A DNA stretch of 64,000 nucleotides from Acidobacteriota bacterium (GTDB lineage Bacteria; Acidobacteriota; Thermoanaerobaculia; UBA5066; Gp7-AA6). Positions 1-8,835 of this stretch are shown one piece after another (positions within the stretch are counted from its first letter, which is position 1; every line of letters starts with the position of its first letter). The notes below the pieces were generated by a model that was not told where the DNA came from, did no database searches, and saw nothing but the letters and a program-made list of their open reading frames with translations. The translations under genes were made by a program, and so were the position numbers. The stretch covers positions 13,842 to 77,841 of the forward strand of contig JAIVJS010000076.1 of NCBI GenBank assembly GCA_020199905.1, given 5' to 3'.

Positions 1-1
1 A

Positions 2-133
2 GTGATCGAAGAGGGCCGCGGGGTTTCCCTCTGCCGCTGCGGCGCCTCGACGAACAAACCGTATTGCGACGGAACGCACAGTCGTATCGGTTTCGCGGCC
101 GCCGAGGCCGCCGTCCAGAAGTCCGGGAGCTGA
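2..133 (+). CDS. CDGSH-type iron-sulfur domain protein (5' truncated by window edge)
   Basis: Frame 2 reads VIEEGRGVSLCRCGASTNKPYCDGTHSRIGF...GS*, matching the C-x-C-x2-S-x3-P-x-C-D-G-(S/T)-H signature. Not in the ORF track. Confidence 0.85.
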   Translation: MIEEGRGVSLCRCGASTNKPYCDGTHSRIGFAAAEAAVQKSGS

Positions 134-166
134 CGGGCCGGTGACGAGGCGCCTCGCGGCGCGACC

Positions 167-1441
167 ATGATCCTTCCGCTGACATTTCTTTTTCTCGCGG
201 CGGCGGCGCCGGCGGCCCCTCCGTTGACCCTCGACCTCGACGGCGACGGAACGGTGGAGACGGTGACCGCGGGTCCGCGGGGGAAAAAGGCCCGCGTCGA
301 GGTGCGCGCCTCCCCTTCCGGGAAAGTGATCACGCACGCCGAAGTCCCCGTCCCCGCGGGCGGCGCGTCCGCGGTCTCGATTTCTGCGGGCTCTCTCGGA
401 AGCGCTGGCGCCCTGATCGAGGTGGCGGCGACCGGCGCGGCGGGAACGGAAGAGTGCCGCAGCGTGTGGCGGTTTCGCGAGCGGTCGCTCTCGCGCGTCC
501 CCGTGACCGGGCGCGCCGGTCCGCTTCCCGACTGCGGCAAGCGCGGCGTGTGGACCTACGGCTGGGACGGTTCCGTTCCGGACTCGCCGTCGCAGTATCG
601 GCGCGAGCGCACGCGGGAAACGCCGGGCGGCACTCACCATCAGGTGGAGAGCTTCCGGTACGCGGGCTTCACTCTCGAGCCGGATGCCGCGCGAACGGTG
701 GCGGAGATCCGCGGTCTTGTCATTCCCTCGTGGTATCCGACGCGTCTCTACCAGAAGGCCTCTCTCGAAAGTCTCTACGCGCGGTACGACCTGAGCGCCC
801 TGAAGCGCGGACCGCGGCTGCAGATCGTGACGGATCGCAACGACGGGGTGTTCGGCGTCCGGATCGGGCTGCCGGGCGCGGAGGAGCTCCTGCCCGTCAC
901 CGCGCGCGCGCCCGGGCCCGAAAAGCACGACGTCGTTCTGACCCTCGGCTCGAAGACTCCGCCCGTCCAGCTCAGGATCACTCTCGCGGGCGGCGCCCCC
1001 GTCCCGGGAGAGGCCGTCCTGTCGGGCTACTCGCCCGCGTTCGACGGCTTCTACTCGGGAGCGATGCACATCACCGAAGGAAGGCTCCGCGTCTTCGAGA
1101 CGGCCGCGGACGAGCTCGCCACCAACGGGCTCGTCGGCACCTGGACGAGCGAGCAGGGAGAGCCGATGTCGATCGCGCTCGCCTCTTCCGATCCGGTGAC
1201 TCTGGACATCCGCCGGTCGAAGTATCGGGTCGAGCTCGAGGGCGCTCCGGAGGGCATGGACGCCGTCGCGCTCCCGAGCGGCGGCGGCCCGCCCGCCCGG
1301 GGACTGCAATTGCGGGGACCGAACAGTTTTTCCTGGATTCCCATCCTCTGCGGGGAACCGGGCTCCTCCGGGCGTGATTGCCGCGCCGCCGGGCCCGGGG
1401 AAATCCTCCACCGGGTGGGCGCCCGGATGAACGCCCGCTGA
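167..1441 (+). CDS. Hypothetical secreted protein
   Basis: 424-aa ORF with an N-terminal signal peptide (MILPLTFLFLAAAAPA) and a DLDGDG Ca-binding/FG-GAP-like motif; no family recognised. Confidence 0.7.
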   Translation: MILPLTFLFLAAAAPAAPPLTLDLDGDGTVETVTAGPRGKKARVEVRASPSGKVITHAEVPVPAGGASAVSISAGSLGSAGALIEVAATGAAGTEECRSVWRFRERSLSRVPVTGRAGPLPDCGKRGVWTYGWDGSVPDSPSQYRRERTRETPGGTHHQVESFRYAGFTLEPDAARTVAEIRGLVIPSWYPTRLYQKASLESLYARYDLSALKRGPRLQIVTDRNDGVFGVRIGLPGAEELLPVTARAPGPEKHDVVLTLGSKTPPVQLRITLAGGAPVPGEAVLSGYSPAFDGFYSGAMHITEGRLRVFETAADELATNGLVGTWTSEQGEPMSIALASSDPVTLDIRRSKYRVELEGAPEGMDAVALPSGGGPPARGLQLRGPNSFSWIPILCGEPGSSGRDCRAAGPGEILHRVGARMNAR

Positions 1442-1478
1442 CCTTTTCGGCCCGAAAGCGTTAAGCTTCCGTCACTTC

Positions 1479-2735
1479 ATGGCACTTTCCAGTCTCGGGC
1501 TGTTCGTTCAGACAGTCGGCGCGGGCCTGCTCGCTCTCATCTTCCTGTATCTGTCCCGTTCGGGCGGAAACCGGGTCTTGAACGCGGCGGGATACGGCTG
1601 GCTCTTCCTGTTTCTGGCGCTCTCCTCGCTGCTGCTCTCGTACGAAATCGCGATCCCCTTCGCGAACCTGCCGTACGAATACTTCAAGCTGCTCTATTTC
1701 GTTTCCATCATCGTCGCGGCGGACCGGATGGAGCACGAATCCTCCCTCGGGCGACCGCTCCGGACGACCGCCCTCGTGGGGCTGGTCGTCTCGTTCGGGA
1801 TCGTCGCGCTCACCCGTACGGGCTCCCTCTTCTTCGCCGTGCACATGGCGGTCGCCGGAATCGCGTGGTTCATCATCACGGTCCTGATCTTCCGCAGCCG
1901 CGCGGGAGGGCTCGGAAAAACTTTTTCCGGGATCCTGGCGGCGATCACGACGCTGCTGCAGATGACCTACGTCGTCTTCTTCGCCGTGTCCGCGAGCAAC
2001 AACGAGCAGGTGTTTCCGTTCCTGTCGTACACGGGCTTCTACGACCTCTTCCTCCAGATGCTCTTCGGCATCGGTCTGATCATCTGGGCGATGGAGGACA
2101 CCGAGCGCCGGCTGACCACCGTGCACGCGCGGGCGGTCGACGACACGCAGCGCTCCAAGAGACGCGCGCAGATCGATCCCTTGACCGAGGCTTACAACCG
2201 TTTCTTCCTGGATGACCTGCGGCCGACGCTCGCCCGGGAGCCGGCCGGCGGGTCGATCGTGCTGATCGACGTGGACGGACTGAAGACGATCAACGACAAG
2301 GAAGGGCATGAAGAGGGCGACAAGGCCATCTGGACGGTCGCGGCGGCGGTCAAGAAGCTGATCCGCGGCGACGACTACCTGATCCGGTGGGGCGGCGACG
2401 AGTTCTTAGTCGTCCTCCCGGGGATGGACCAGGAGGTCGCGAAAAAGCGCTTCTACATGTTGCCGTCGAAGATCGAGGAAGTGCGGCAGTCCCAGCGCTC
2501 GGCTGCCCGCGCCTACAAGAAGTTCGTCGCCGCATCCGTCGGCGTGACGCCGTTTTCGAGCCGCGTCCCGCTCGACATGGCGATCGAGACGGCGGACCGG
2601 GTGATGTACGAGCGGAAGAAGGCGCTGAAGCAGATGCGCGGAGAGCCCCTGCAGCGGGGCAGCGGGGGGCCTGCCCGAGAGACGCCGACGGGCACGCAGC
2701 AGACCCGCCGCACGTGGGACAAGACGAGCAGCTGA
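1479..2735 (+). CDS. Membrane-bound diguanylate cyclase (multi-TM sensor + GGDEF)
   Basis: About 7 hydrophobic helices, then DPLT, IDVDGLKTINDKEGHEEGD, RGDD I-site and WGGDEF. Confidence 0.92.
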   Translation: MALSSLGLFVQTVGAGLLALIFLYLSRSGGNRVLNAAGYGWLFLFLALSSLLLSYEIAIPFANLPYEYFKLLYFVSIIVAADRMEHESSLGRPLRTTALVGLVVSFGIVALTRTGSLFFAVHMAVAGIAWFIITVLIFRSRAGGLGKTFSGILAAITTLLQMTYVVFFAVSASNNEQVFPFLSYTGFYDLFLQMLFGIGLIIWAMEDTERRLTTVHARAVDDTQRSKRRAQIDPLTEAYNRFFLDDLRPTLAREPAGGSIVLIDVDGLKTINDKEGHEEGDKAIWTVAAAVKKLIRGDDYLIRWGGDEFLVVLPGMDQEVAKKRFYMLPSKIEEVRQSQRSAARAYKKFVAASVGVTPFSSRVPLDMAIETADRVMYERKKALKQMRGEPLQRGSGGPARETPTGTQQTRRTWDKTSS

Positions 2736-2755
2736 CGGCTGCGGGAGAGGATGAC

Positions 2756-3001
2756 GTGCGATACCACTGGACGGAGTGCCCCGGCTGCCGCTGTCAGGTC
2801 GCGGTGAACACGACGGCTGCTTCGGGGGTCATCACGGGATCGCTTCGCCGATGGTCCACTGACCGCTCGATCAACGACGGACGGGCCATCCGCGGCGTCC
2901 CGGCGGACGCGACCGGAGGGTTCGCGACCGAGTGCGTCTGCGGACAGCCGCTGACGCTCGGCGCGACGGCGGATGCGGTGGGCTCGGAGAGGGGCGAGTA
3001 G
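2756..3001 (+). CDS. Small Cys-rich (Zn-ribbon-like) hypothetical protein
   Basis: GTG at 2756 after GGGAGAGG; VRYHWTECPGCRCQV...ECVCGQPL, 81 aa; fills the gap after the GGDEF gene. Confidence 0.6.
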   Translation: MRYHWTECPGCRCQVAVNTTAASGVITGSLRRWSTDRSINDGRAIRGVPADATGGFATECVCGQPLTLGATADAVGSERGE

Positions 3002-3023
3002 CTGTCAGCCGTCAGCTCTCAGC
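3000..3023. repeat. 7-bp tandem repeat AGCYNTC x3
   Basis: agctgtc agccgtc agctctc agc; reverse-complementary to 3311-3342. Confidence 0.7.
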
Positions 3024-3296
3024 CGGAGTGCTCCCCCTTCTCTTCAGAACGACGACGGTCGCGCCGGAACCTCCGCGCTCCGGGGGGGCGTCGAAGTAGT
3101 CGGAAACGTCTCGGCTCTGCTCGAGAAGGCGCCTGACCTCGGCGCGGCGGATCCCGATTCCCTTTCCGTGAATGATGCGAACCTCCTGAAATCCGGCCGC
3201 CGAGGCCTCCCGGAGATATTCCTCCAGCGCGGCGGCGACGTCCCGGGGCAGGAACGAGTGGAGATCGAACGCGTCTTCGATCGGAACGCGCCGCAC
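3012..3296 (-). CDS. Smr/MutS2 domain protein (stand-alone)
   Basis: VPIEDAFDLHSF...EVRIIHGKGIG...GGSGATVVVL is the Smr signature; start is approximate. Confidence 0.88.
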   Translation of the reverse strand: MRRVPIEDAFDLHSFLPRDVAAALEEYLREASAAGFQEVRIIHGKGIGIRRAEVRRLLEQSRDVSDYFDAPPERGGSGATVVVLKRRGSTPAES

Positions 3297-3310
3297 TGCT
3301 GCTTCTCCGG

Positions 3311-3342
3311 AGCTGAGAGCTGACAGCTGAGAGCTGACAGCT
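3311..3342. repeat. 7-bp tandem repeat AGCTGAS x4
   Basis: agctgag agctgac agctgag agctgac agct. Confidence 0.8.
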
Positions 3343-3895
3343 ATGGCCCCATCTCCTCCAGCACCACATCCAGAGGCATCGCCGCCTTGGCGACCTTCGA
3401 GATGATGCAGTACTTCTCCGCCAGCGCGAGGGTCTTCTCGACCGCCGGACGCTGCGAGGCGAGGAGCGCGCCCGGGACCCGCGCGTAAATCGTGAGCCGG
3501 GTCATGCGAAAGCCGCCCTGGGGATCCTTGCCGAGCTCGCTCGTCAGCCGGAGAGTCGGGTCGGGATGATCGACGCCCAGCTTCTTCAAGAAAATCCCCC
3601 AGGTCGCCGCGAAGCACGCTCCCACGGCGGCTAAGAGGAGCTCCTCGGGATTGGCTCCCTTGCCGCACCCGCCGAGCTCCTTCGCGCCGCCGATGGGAAT
3701 CGTGAAAATCTCCCCCGCCACGCGGGCAGAGCCGCAGCCGCTCGCGTCGCCGGACCAGTCGATCGACACCGCGAAGCGGGCCGTCTCGGCGGGGGCAGCG
3801 GGCGCTGCTCCCTGGGCGGCCGCGGGGGCCGAGGATGCCGGCGCGCCGTCCGCCTGGGAGTCGTGCGTGTTCTTTCCCGACGGGATGTCGTTCAT
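3341..3895 (-). CDS. OsmC/Ohr family peroxiredoxin-like protein
   Basis: GANPEELLLAAVGACF and AEKYCIISK carry the two conserved Cys. Confidence 0.85.
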   Translation of the reverse strand: MNDIPSGKNTHDSQADGAPASSAPAAAQGAAPAAPAETARFAVSIDWSGDASGCGSARVAGEIFTIPIGGAKELGGCGKGANPEELLLAAVGACFAATWGIFLKKLGVDHPDPTLRLTSELGKDPQGGFRMTRLTIYARVPGALLASQRPAVEKTLALAEKYCIISKVAKAAMPLDVVLEEMGP

Positions 3896-3910
3896 GTGCT
3901 CTCCTGATCG

Positions 3911-4855
3911 CTACTTCGCATACTTCTTGGTTCCCCGCATTTCCCGTTCGGTCTGTTCGAGGTTGGACGCTGCGAACTGGTCGAACCACGTCCAGGCGCC
4001 GTACCGGGGCCGCAGTGCGTCGAGTCCCGCGGCGGCGAGAGACGGTCCCGAGAGACCGGACTCCATAGCGCGCGACGTGGCCTGCCGGAGGCCGGCGAGA
4101 TAGTCGCGGAAGAATCGGACCTGGAGAGCGCGGCCGGGCTCGCCATGTCCGGGCACGTACGCGGCCGAGGGGTACTCCGCTGTGAACCCGTCGAGTGTCG
4201 AGACCCAGGCCGCGGTGTCCGCGTCAATGAGGTTCGGCACCGTCGCGTTCCAGAAGAGGTCGCCGCCGAAGACCACGTCCGAGCCGTCGACGCGGACGAT
4301 CAGGTCGCCTCCCGTGTGGCCGGGCCGGAAGAGAGCGCGCGCGTCGCGGCCTCCGAGCGCGAGCGTGATTCCGGAGGAAAGCGTGACTTCCGAGGACGTG
4401 ACCTCCGGCAGCGGGAGCGCGTCCAGCTCCGCACGGTCCTTCGGGGTGATCTCCCTGCGCCACTTGAGATTCTCCGTCCGGATCCATCGCCGCACGTTTT
4501 CGTGCGCGACGATCACGGCGCCCTCCCGTCGGAAGACGGCGTCCCCCCCCACATGGTCGAGGTGATAGTGCGTATTGACCACCCACCGGATCGGAAGCGA
4601 GCTCCGCCCCCGGATCTCGACGAGCAGGTCCCGCGACGCCTCCTCGGTGGCAAACGCATCCACCACGAGGATGCCGCCGGACCCCACGACGAACCCCGCG
4701 TTTCCAACGGATGCGCGGTCGCCGGGAGTCGCGACCGCCGCAAAGCACCCGGGTCCCACCTCGACGATCCGAAAGTGAGGCGCCGCCGGCTGCGCCGGAA
4801 CCGAAACGGCCCGGCCCGCAAGAAAAACGGCGACCACGACGCAGCGCCAGAGCAT
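3911..4855 (-). CDS. Secreted MBL-fold metallo-hydrolase
   Basis: NTHYHLDHVGG, GHTGGD, GGDL and PGHG motifs; signal peptide. Confidence 0.9.
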   Translation of the reverse strand: MLWRCVVVAVFLAGRAVSVPAQPAAPHFRIVEVGPGCFAAVATPGDRASVGNAGFVVGSGGILVVDAFATEEASRDLLVEIRGRSSLPIRWVVNTHYHLDHVGGDAVFRREGAVIVAHENVRRWIRTENLKWRREITPKDRAELDALPLPEVTSSEVTLSSGITLALGGRDARALFRPGHTGGDLIVRVDGSDVVFGGDLFWNATVPNLIDADTAAWVSTLDGFTAEYPSAAYVPGHGEPGRALQVRFFRDYLAGLRQATSRAMESGLSGPSLAAAGLDALRPRYGAWTWFDQFAASNLEQTEREMRGTKKYAK

Positions 4856-4880
4856 TGGCCATTCTAGTCACGCGAGCCCT

Positions 4881-4949
4881 CGATTCCCGATCCCCGATCC
4901 CGGCCCCGATTCGTCCGGCTGAGAGCCGGCAGCTGACAGCTGATAGCTT
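4881..4949. repeat. Two adjacent 7-bp tandem arrays in a divergent promoter region
   Basis: cgattcc cgatccc cgatccc, then ggctgag agccggc agctgac agctgat agct. Confidence 0.65.
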
Positions 4950-4955
4950 TTTGGT

Positions 4956-5924
4956 ATGCGCCGCCGCCTCCCGTTCGCTCTGGCCGCGGCGGGCGCGGCC
5001 GCCTGGGTCGGCGCCTCCTGGATCGTGGCGCGCACCCTCGCGCGGCGGCTGATCTCGCCCGATGGCCTGACGCCGTGCCAGGCGAGCCGCGAGGGCCTGC
5101 TTTCCGGCCTGACGGCGGCCGGCGCCCGAGTGCTCGACTACCGGTTTGCCGGATCGACGCGGCAGCCCGAGGAGCTTTGCGCGATTCTGGCCACGCCGGC
5201 CACGGGACTCTCGACCCGCACGATCGTCTTTCTGCACGGCAAAGGCGGCAGCGCCGCCGAATGGGCGCCGGACGCTCTTCGCGCCGTCGAGCTCGGTTAC
5301 AACGCGCTGGTGCCGGATCTGCGAGGCCACCGGCCGAGCGGCGGAGAGTTCATCACCTACGGCCTTCTCGAGCGCGAAGACCTGAATGCCGCGGTCGCCG
5401 CCGCGGAGGAGCGCTTCGGCCTCGCCGCGTCACGAATGGCCGTGCACTCCTGCTCCGCGGGCTCGTCGACCGCGCTCGTCTGGGCGGCGGACGAGCCCCG
5501 CGTGCGGGGGATCTGGCTCGAATCCCCCTTCGCCGACGCGCGGGAGATGGCCCGCCACTACCTCGGCATCCTGACCGGTCTGCCGCGCCCGTTCCTCGGC
5601 CTGACCACCACGTTCGCGGTGCGACGCGCCCTGAGGAAGCTTCGGGACACGCTCGGGGTCACGCCGGAGGAGATCCTCGCGTCCGATCCGCTGCGATCCG
5701 CCTCCCGGGTGCGTGTCCCGGTCCATGTCGTGTTCGGAGACGAAGACTTTCTCGTTCCCGCCCGTTTTACGCAGCGCCTCATCGACGCGCTCCCCCCGGG
5801 GACCACGCTCTGGAATCCGCGGGGCGCGGGCCACTGCCACCACGGCAACGAGGCGCAGAAGATCAACGAGCGCGAGTACGTCGAGAGGTGGATCGCTTTT
5901 TTCGAGAGGGTGCTGGGCCGGTAA
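4956..5924 (+). CDS. Alpha/beta-fold hydrolase
   Basis: VFLHGKGG, PDLRGH, HSCSAG elbow, GDEDFLVP and GAGH; N-terminal membrane anchor. Confidence 0.85.
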   Translation: MRRRLPFALAAAGAAAWVGASWIVARTLARRLISPDGLTPCQASREGLLSGLTAAGARVLDYRFAGSTRQPEELCAILATPATGLSTRTIVFLHGKGGSAAEWAPDALRAVELGYNALVPDLRGHRPSGGEFITYGLLEREDLNAAVAAAEERFGLAASRMAVHSCSAGSSTALVWAADEPRVRGIWLESPFADAREMARHYLGILTGLPRPFLGLTTTFAVRRALRKLRDTLGVTPEEILASDPLRSASRVRVPVHVVFGDEDFLVPARFTQRLIDALPPGTTLWNPRGAGHCHHGNEAQKINEREYVERWIAFFERVLGR

Positions 5925-5933
5925 ACCGCCGTC

Positions 5934-6009
5934 AGTTCTCAGTTTTCGGTTTCGGTTTTCGGTTTTCGGTTTTTGGGCGATCGGTTTGAACGCTCGCGCT
6001 CAACGCTCC
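5934..6009. repeat. 7-bp tandem arrays (CGGTTTT-type and AACGCTC-type)
   Basis: cagttct cagtttt cggttt cggtttt cggtttt cggtttt, then aacgctc...caacgctc. Confidence 0.7.
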
Positions 6010-6016
6010 ATCCGTC

Positions 6017-7006
6017 CTAAATGACCCGATTCCGGCCCCGCGACTTGGCTTCGTAAAGGCTCGCGTCGGCGCGGGCGATCGCCGGACCCGGCTCGTCCTC
6101 GCCGAGCTCGAGCTCGGCCACGCCGGCGGAAATCGTGACCTGCCCGAGGTCGCCCACCCGGAGCTCTTCGATGGCGCGCCGGACGCGCTCCGCGAACAGA
6201 CGCGCGCCGTCCAGTCCGACGCCGGTCAGGATGACGAGAAATTCCTCGCCGCCCCATCGGACCGCCGTGTCCCCGCCGCGGGGCAGGCCGGACATGCAGC
6301 GGCTCACCTCGCGCAGCACCGCGTCTCCCGCCAGGTGCCCGTGGGAGTCGTTGACGCGCTTGAAATGGTCCACGTCGAAGAGCACGAAGGCGAGCGGCCG
6401 CCCGTATCGCCGCGCATCGCGAATCTCGCGGAGGGCCGACTGTTCGCCGGCCTTGCGGTTCTCGAGCCCCGTCAGCTCGTCGATCAACGCGCGCTGTTCG
6501 CGGCCGGACGCAAGATCGGAATCCGCGCTGATGTCGTTGAAGAGGATCAGCACGCCGTGTCCGCTGGGGAGCCGGACAGGCTTGCTCACCCAGCGCAGGG
6601 ACCGCCACTGCGGGAACTGGATCTCGAACTCTCCGCGCGCCTCTTCCACGGCGGCATGGGAGTCCTTCGTGCTCCGATCCAGGAAGTCCGGCGGCTCATT
6701 GGAGGATCTCCGGAGATCGCGGACGAACTGTTCTCGCGTCATCCGCTGCAGCCGCTCGGACGGGATGTCGAAGGCGGCGGCGATCGCCGGGTTGGCGAAG
6801 AGGACCCGGTCCGCGTCGAGCAGCAGGACGCCCCCTTCCAGACGCGAGAACGCCGCCTGAAGCGCCCCGTGGGAGGCCTCGAGCGTCCGGCGGAGCGCGC
6901 GCTCGGCGCGCAGCTCCTCACGCAGGCGGGCGACCTCGTCCACCGCGCTGATACCCGTCAATTGAGGGCCTTCGGCCATTTCTTCCATCTTAGCCCTCGT
7001 GTCCAC
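6017..7006 (-). CDS. PAS-domain diguanylate cyclase (GGEEF)
   Basis: VLFANPA PAS-like segment; DELTGLENR, FDVDHFKRVNDSHGHLAGD, RGGD I-site, WGGEEF and GRNRV. Confidence 0.92.
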   Translation of the reverse strand: MDTRAKMEEMAEGPQLTGISAVDEVARLREELRAERALRRTLEASHGALQAAFSRLEGGVLLLDADRVLFANPAIAAAFDIPSERLQRMTREQFVRDLRRSSNEPPDFLDRSTKDSHAAVEEARGEFEIQFPQWRSLRWVSKPVRLPSGHGVLILFNDISADSDLASGREQRALIDELTGLENRKAGEQSALREIRDARRYGRPLAFVLFDVDHFKRVNDSHGHLAGDAVLREVSRCMSGLPRGGDTAVRWGGEEFLVILTGVGLDGARLFAERVRRAIEELRVGDLGQVTISAGVAELELGEDEPGPAIARADASLYEAKSRGRNRVI

Positions 7007-7035
7007 ACGGCGTTGGCGTCTTCCGGTCCCCTCCG

Positions 7036-7066
7036 AACGCTCAACGCTGAACGCTCAACGCTCAAC
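7036..7066. repeat. 7-bp tandem repeat AACGCTS x4
   Basis: aacgctc aacgctg aacgctc aacgctc aac; contains the rlmN stop codon. Confidence 0.8.
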
Positions 7067-8213
7067 CCCGCGTACGGCGCGGATCCTCCGTCCTCCCTTT
7101 GAGCTGCCCGCAGGCGGCGTTCGCGTCCGGCCCGCGGCTCCTGCGCACGGTGACCGGCAGACCGCCGGCCGAAAGCCGCGCCGCGAAGCGGTCGATCGCG
7201 TCTTCGGACGGTCGTTTCCAGCCCGGCAGGTAGACAGGGTCCTCGTTCAAGGGAATCACGTTGACCTTCACGCGGAGCCCGGCAAGAAGCCGCGTGAGCC
7301 GCCCGGCATTCTCCGGAGAGTCGTTCACGCCGGCGATCAGGACGTACTCCGCCGTCATTCGCCGGTGCGATTCGAGCGGCCACGCGCGCATCGCGGCGAC
7401 GACGCCCTCCAGCGGATGCGTGCGCGTGATGGGCATCAGCCGCGAGCGGGTCTCGGAGTCCGCAGCGTTGATCGACACCGCGAGGTTCGGCCGGCGCTCG
7501 CGGGAGGCGAAGCGTGCGAAGGCCGGAGTGATGCCCGACGTCGAGACAGTCACGCGGCGCGGAGAAACCCTCTCGAAGAGGAGATCGAGAGCTCGCGATA
7601 CACCGTCGGGGTTCAGGAACGGCTCTCCCATCCCCATGAAGACGATGCGCAGGCCGTCGAAGGACCGGCCGGCGTCGTCGAGCACCGCGTAGAGCTGTCC
7701 GAGGATCTCGCCCGCCGTCAGGTTGCGCCCGGCTCCGAGCCGCCCCGTCACGCAGAACGCGCAGTCGACCGCGCAGCCCGTCTGCGAGGAGAGACAGATG
7801 GTGAACTTAGCCAGCGGCGCCGCCGCTCCGGCGAAGGGGCGGGCGCGGAGGGCCGGAGCCGCTCCCGGGTGCGCGCGCGCATCCTCGAACTCGTTCGCCT
7901 CCGAAAACGACCGCGTTCCGGGCATGAAGACCGCCTCGATGAGCGCTCCATCCGCCAGCCGAAGCCCGTATTTCACGCTCCCGTCGGACGAGGGATCGCG
8001 CCGCGCTATGGAAGGAAGGAAAAGCGGCACGTCGCTGGCCAGACGCTCCCGCAGGCCTCCGGGCAGTTCCCTGACGAGTCCGTAGTCGCGATCCCCCTTC
8101 CGGTGCAGCGCGTCGAAGATCTGCCGACCCCGGTAGCGAGGCAGCGACCAGGAGCCGGCGAGGTCCTCCCACTCGGAAACGGTCGCGCCCAGGGGATCGA
8201 ACGGGGAGGTCAT
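7062..8213 (-). CDS. rlmN: Dual-specificity 23S rRNA/tRNA C2-methyltransferase RlmN
   Basis: CLSSQTGCAVDCAFCVTG, FMGMGEP and AACGQL motifs; start MTSPFD at 8213. Confidence 0.92.
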   Translation of the reverse strand: MTSPFDPLGATVSEWEDLAGSWSLPRYRGRQIFDALHRKGDRDYGLVRELPGGLRERLASDVPLFLPSIARRDPSSDGSVKYGLRLADGALIEAVFMPGTRSFSEANEFEDARAHPGAAPALRARPFAGAAAPLAKFTICLSSQTGCAVDCAFCVTGRLGAGRNLTAGEILGQLYAVLDDAGRSFDGLRIVFMGMGEPFLNPDGVSRALDLLFERVSPRRVTVSTSGITPAFARFASRERRPNLAVSINAADSETRSRLMPITRTHPLEGVVAAMRAWPLESHRRMTAEYVLIAGVNDSPENAGRLTRLLAGLRVKVNVIPLNEDPVYLPGWKRPSEDAIDRFAARLSAGGLPVTVRRSRGPDANAACGQLKGRTEDPRRTRG

Positions 8214-8230
8214 GAAGAGGAAGGTATCAG

Positions 8231-8267
8231 CCGAAAACTGAGGACCGAAAACTGAAACTGAAAACTG
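8231..8267. repeat. 7-bp tandem repeat, AAAACYG-type
   Basis: ccgaaaa ctgagga ccgaaaa ctgaaa ctgaaaa ctg. Confidence 0.7.
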
Positions 8268-8272
8268 TCCCG

Positions 8273-8659
8273 CTATTCGCTCCGGGAGCGGACGGCCTTT
8301 CTCGCGGGCGTGGCGCGGCGGCGGACCGGACGGCGGGATCGCACCTTGCGGGTGGGATCGATGCCGAGCGATTTCAACAGACGGAGGTCCTTGACGTTGA
8401 TCCGGAACGCGGCGCGTTCCTCGACCAGCATGTCCTCCGCGTCCTTGCCGGACGAGACGGCGGTGAGGCGCCGCCGGCCGCCGGCGCGCGGCTCGCGCTT
8501 GTTCACGCCGACCTTCGCGTCGAGCACCATGTAGAGGTTGTATCCCTCGTCGCGGATGCGCTGAATCGACTCGTGCACGCGACCAGAGCCCGAGATGGAC
8601 TCGTTGATCGCCTGCCCGAGCTCCTTCAACATCTGGCGGAGGTGTTCGTTCAATTCCAT
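8273..8659 (-). CDS. Hypothetical protein with basic C-terminal tail
   Basis: 128-aa ORF with ordered, protein-like composition and its own TTGACG-N18-GATAAT promoter. Confidence 0.75.
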   Translation of the reverse strand: MELNEHLRQMLKELGQAINESISGSGRVHESIQRIRDEGYNLYMVLDAKVGVNKREPRAGGRRRLTAVSSGKDAEDMLVEERAAFRINVKDLRLLKSLGIDPTRKVRSRRPVRRRATPARKAVRSRSE

Positions 8660-8669
8660 GGCCGCGGCG

Positions 8670-8730
8670 ATTATCGCTTCGCCTTCTCGGAAGCGTCAAG
8701 GCTGCCAGCGGACAGGTTTGCTGTTATAAT
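8670..8730. promoter_or_regulatory. Divergent sigma70-type promoters
   Basis: Minus strand: TTGACG (8699-8694), N18, GATAAT (8675-8670). Plus strand: extended -10 TGtTATAAT at 8722-8730 facing thrC. Confidence 0.6.
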
Positions 8731-8835
8731 CGGCGCGCTTTCGACCTCCGCGAATGCGCCGTTTTTCCGGCGCGTTTCTTCCGCGAAGCGACCGCCTACC
8801 GCCCTGATAGCCTGCCGCCGAAAAGACTGACAAGC

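Noticed and set aside
8731-8835. tRNA or threonine attenuator upstream of thrC
   Set aside because: A GGCGC...GCGCC hairpin is present, but there is no cloverleaf or T-loop and no Thr/Ile-rich leader peptide.
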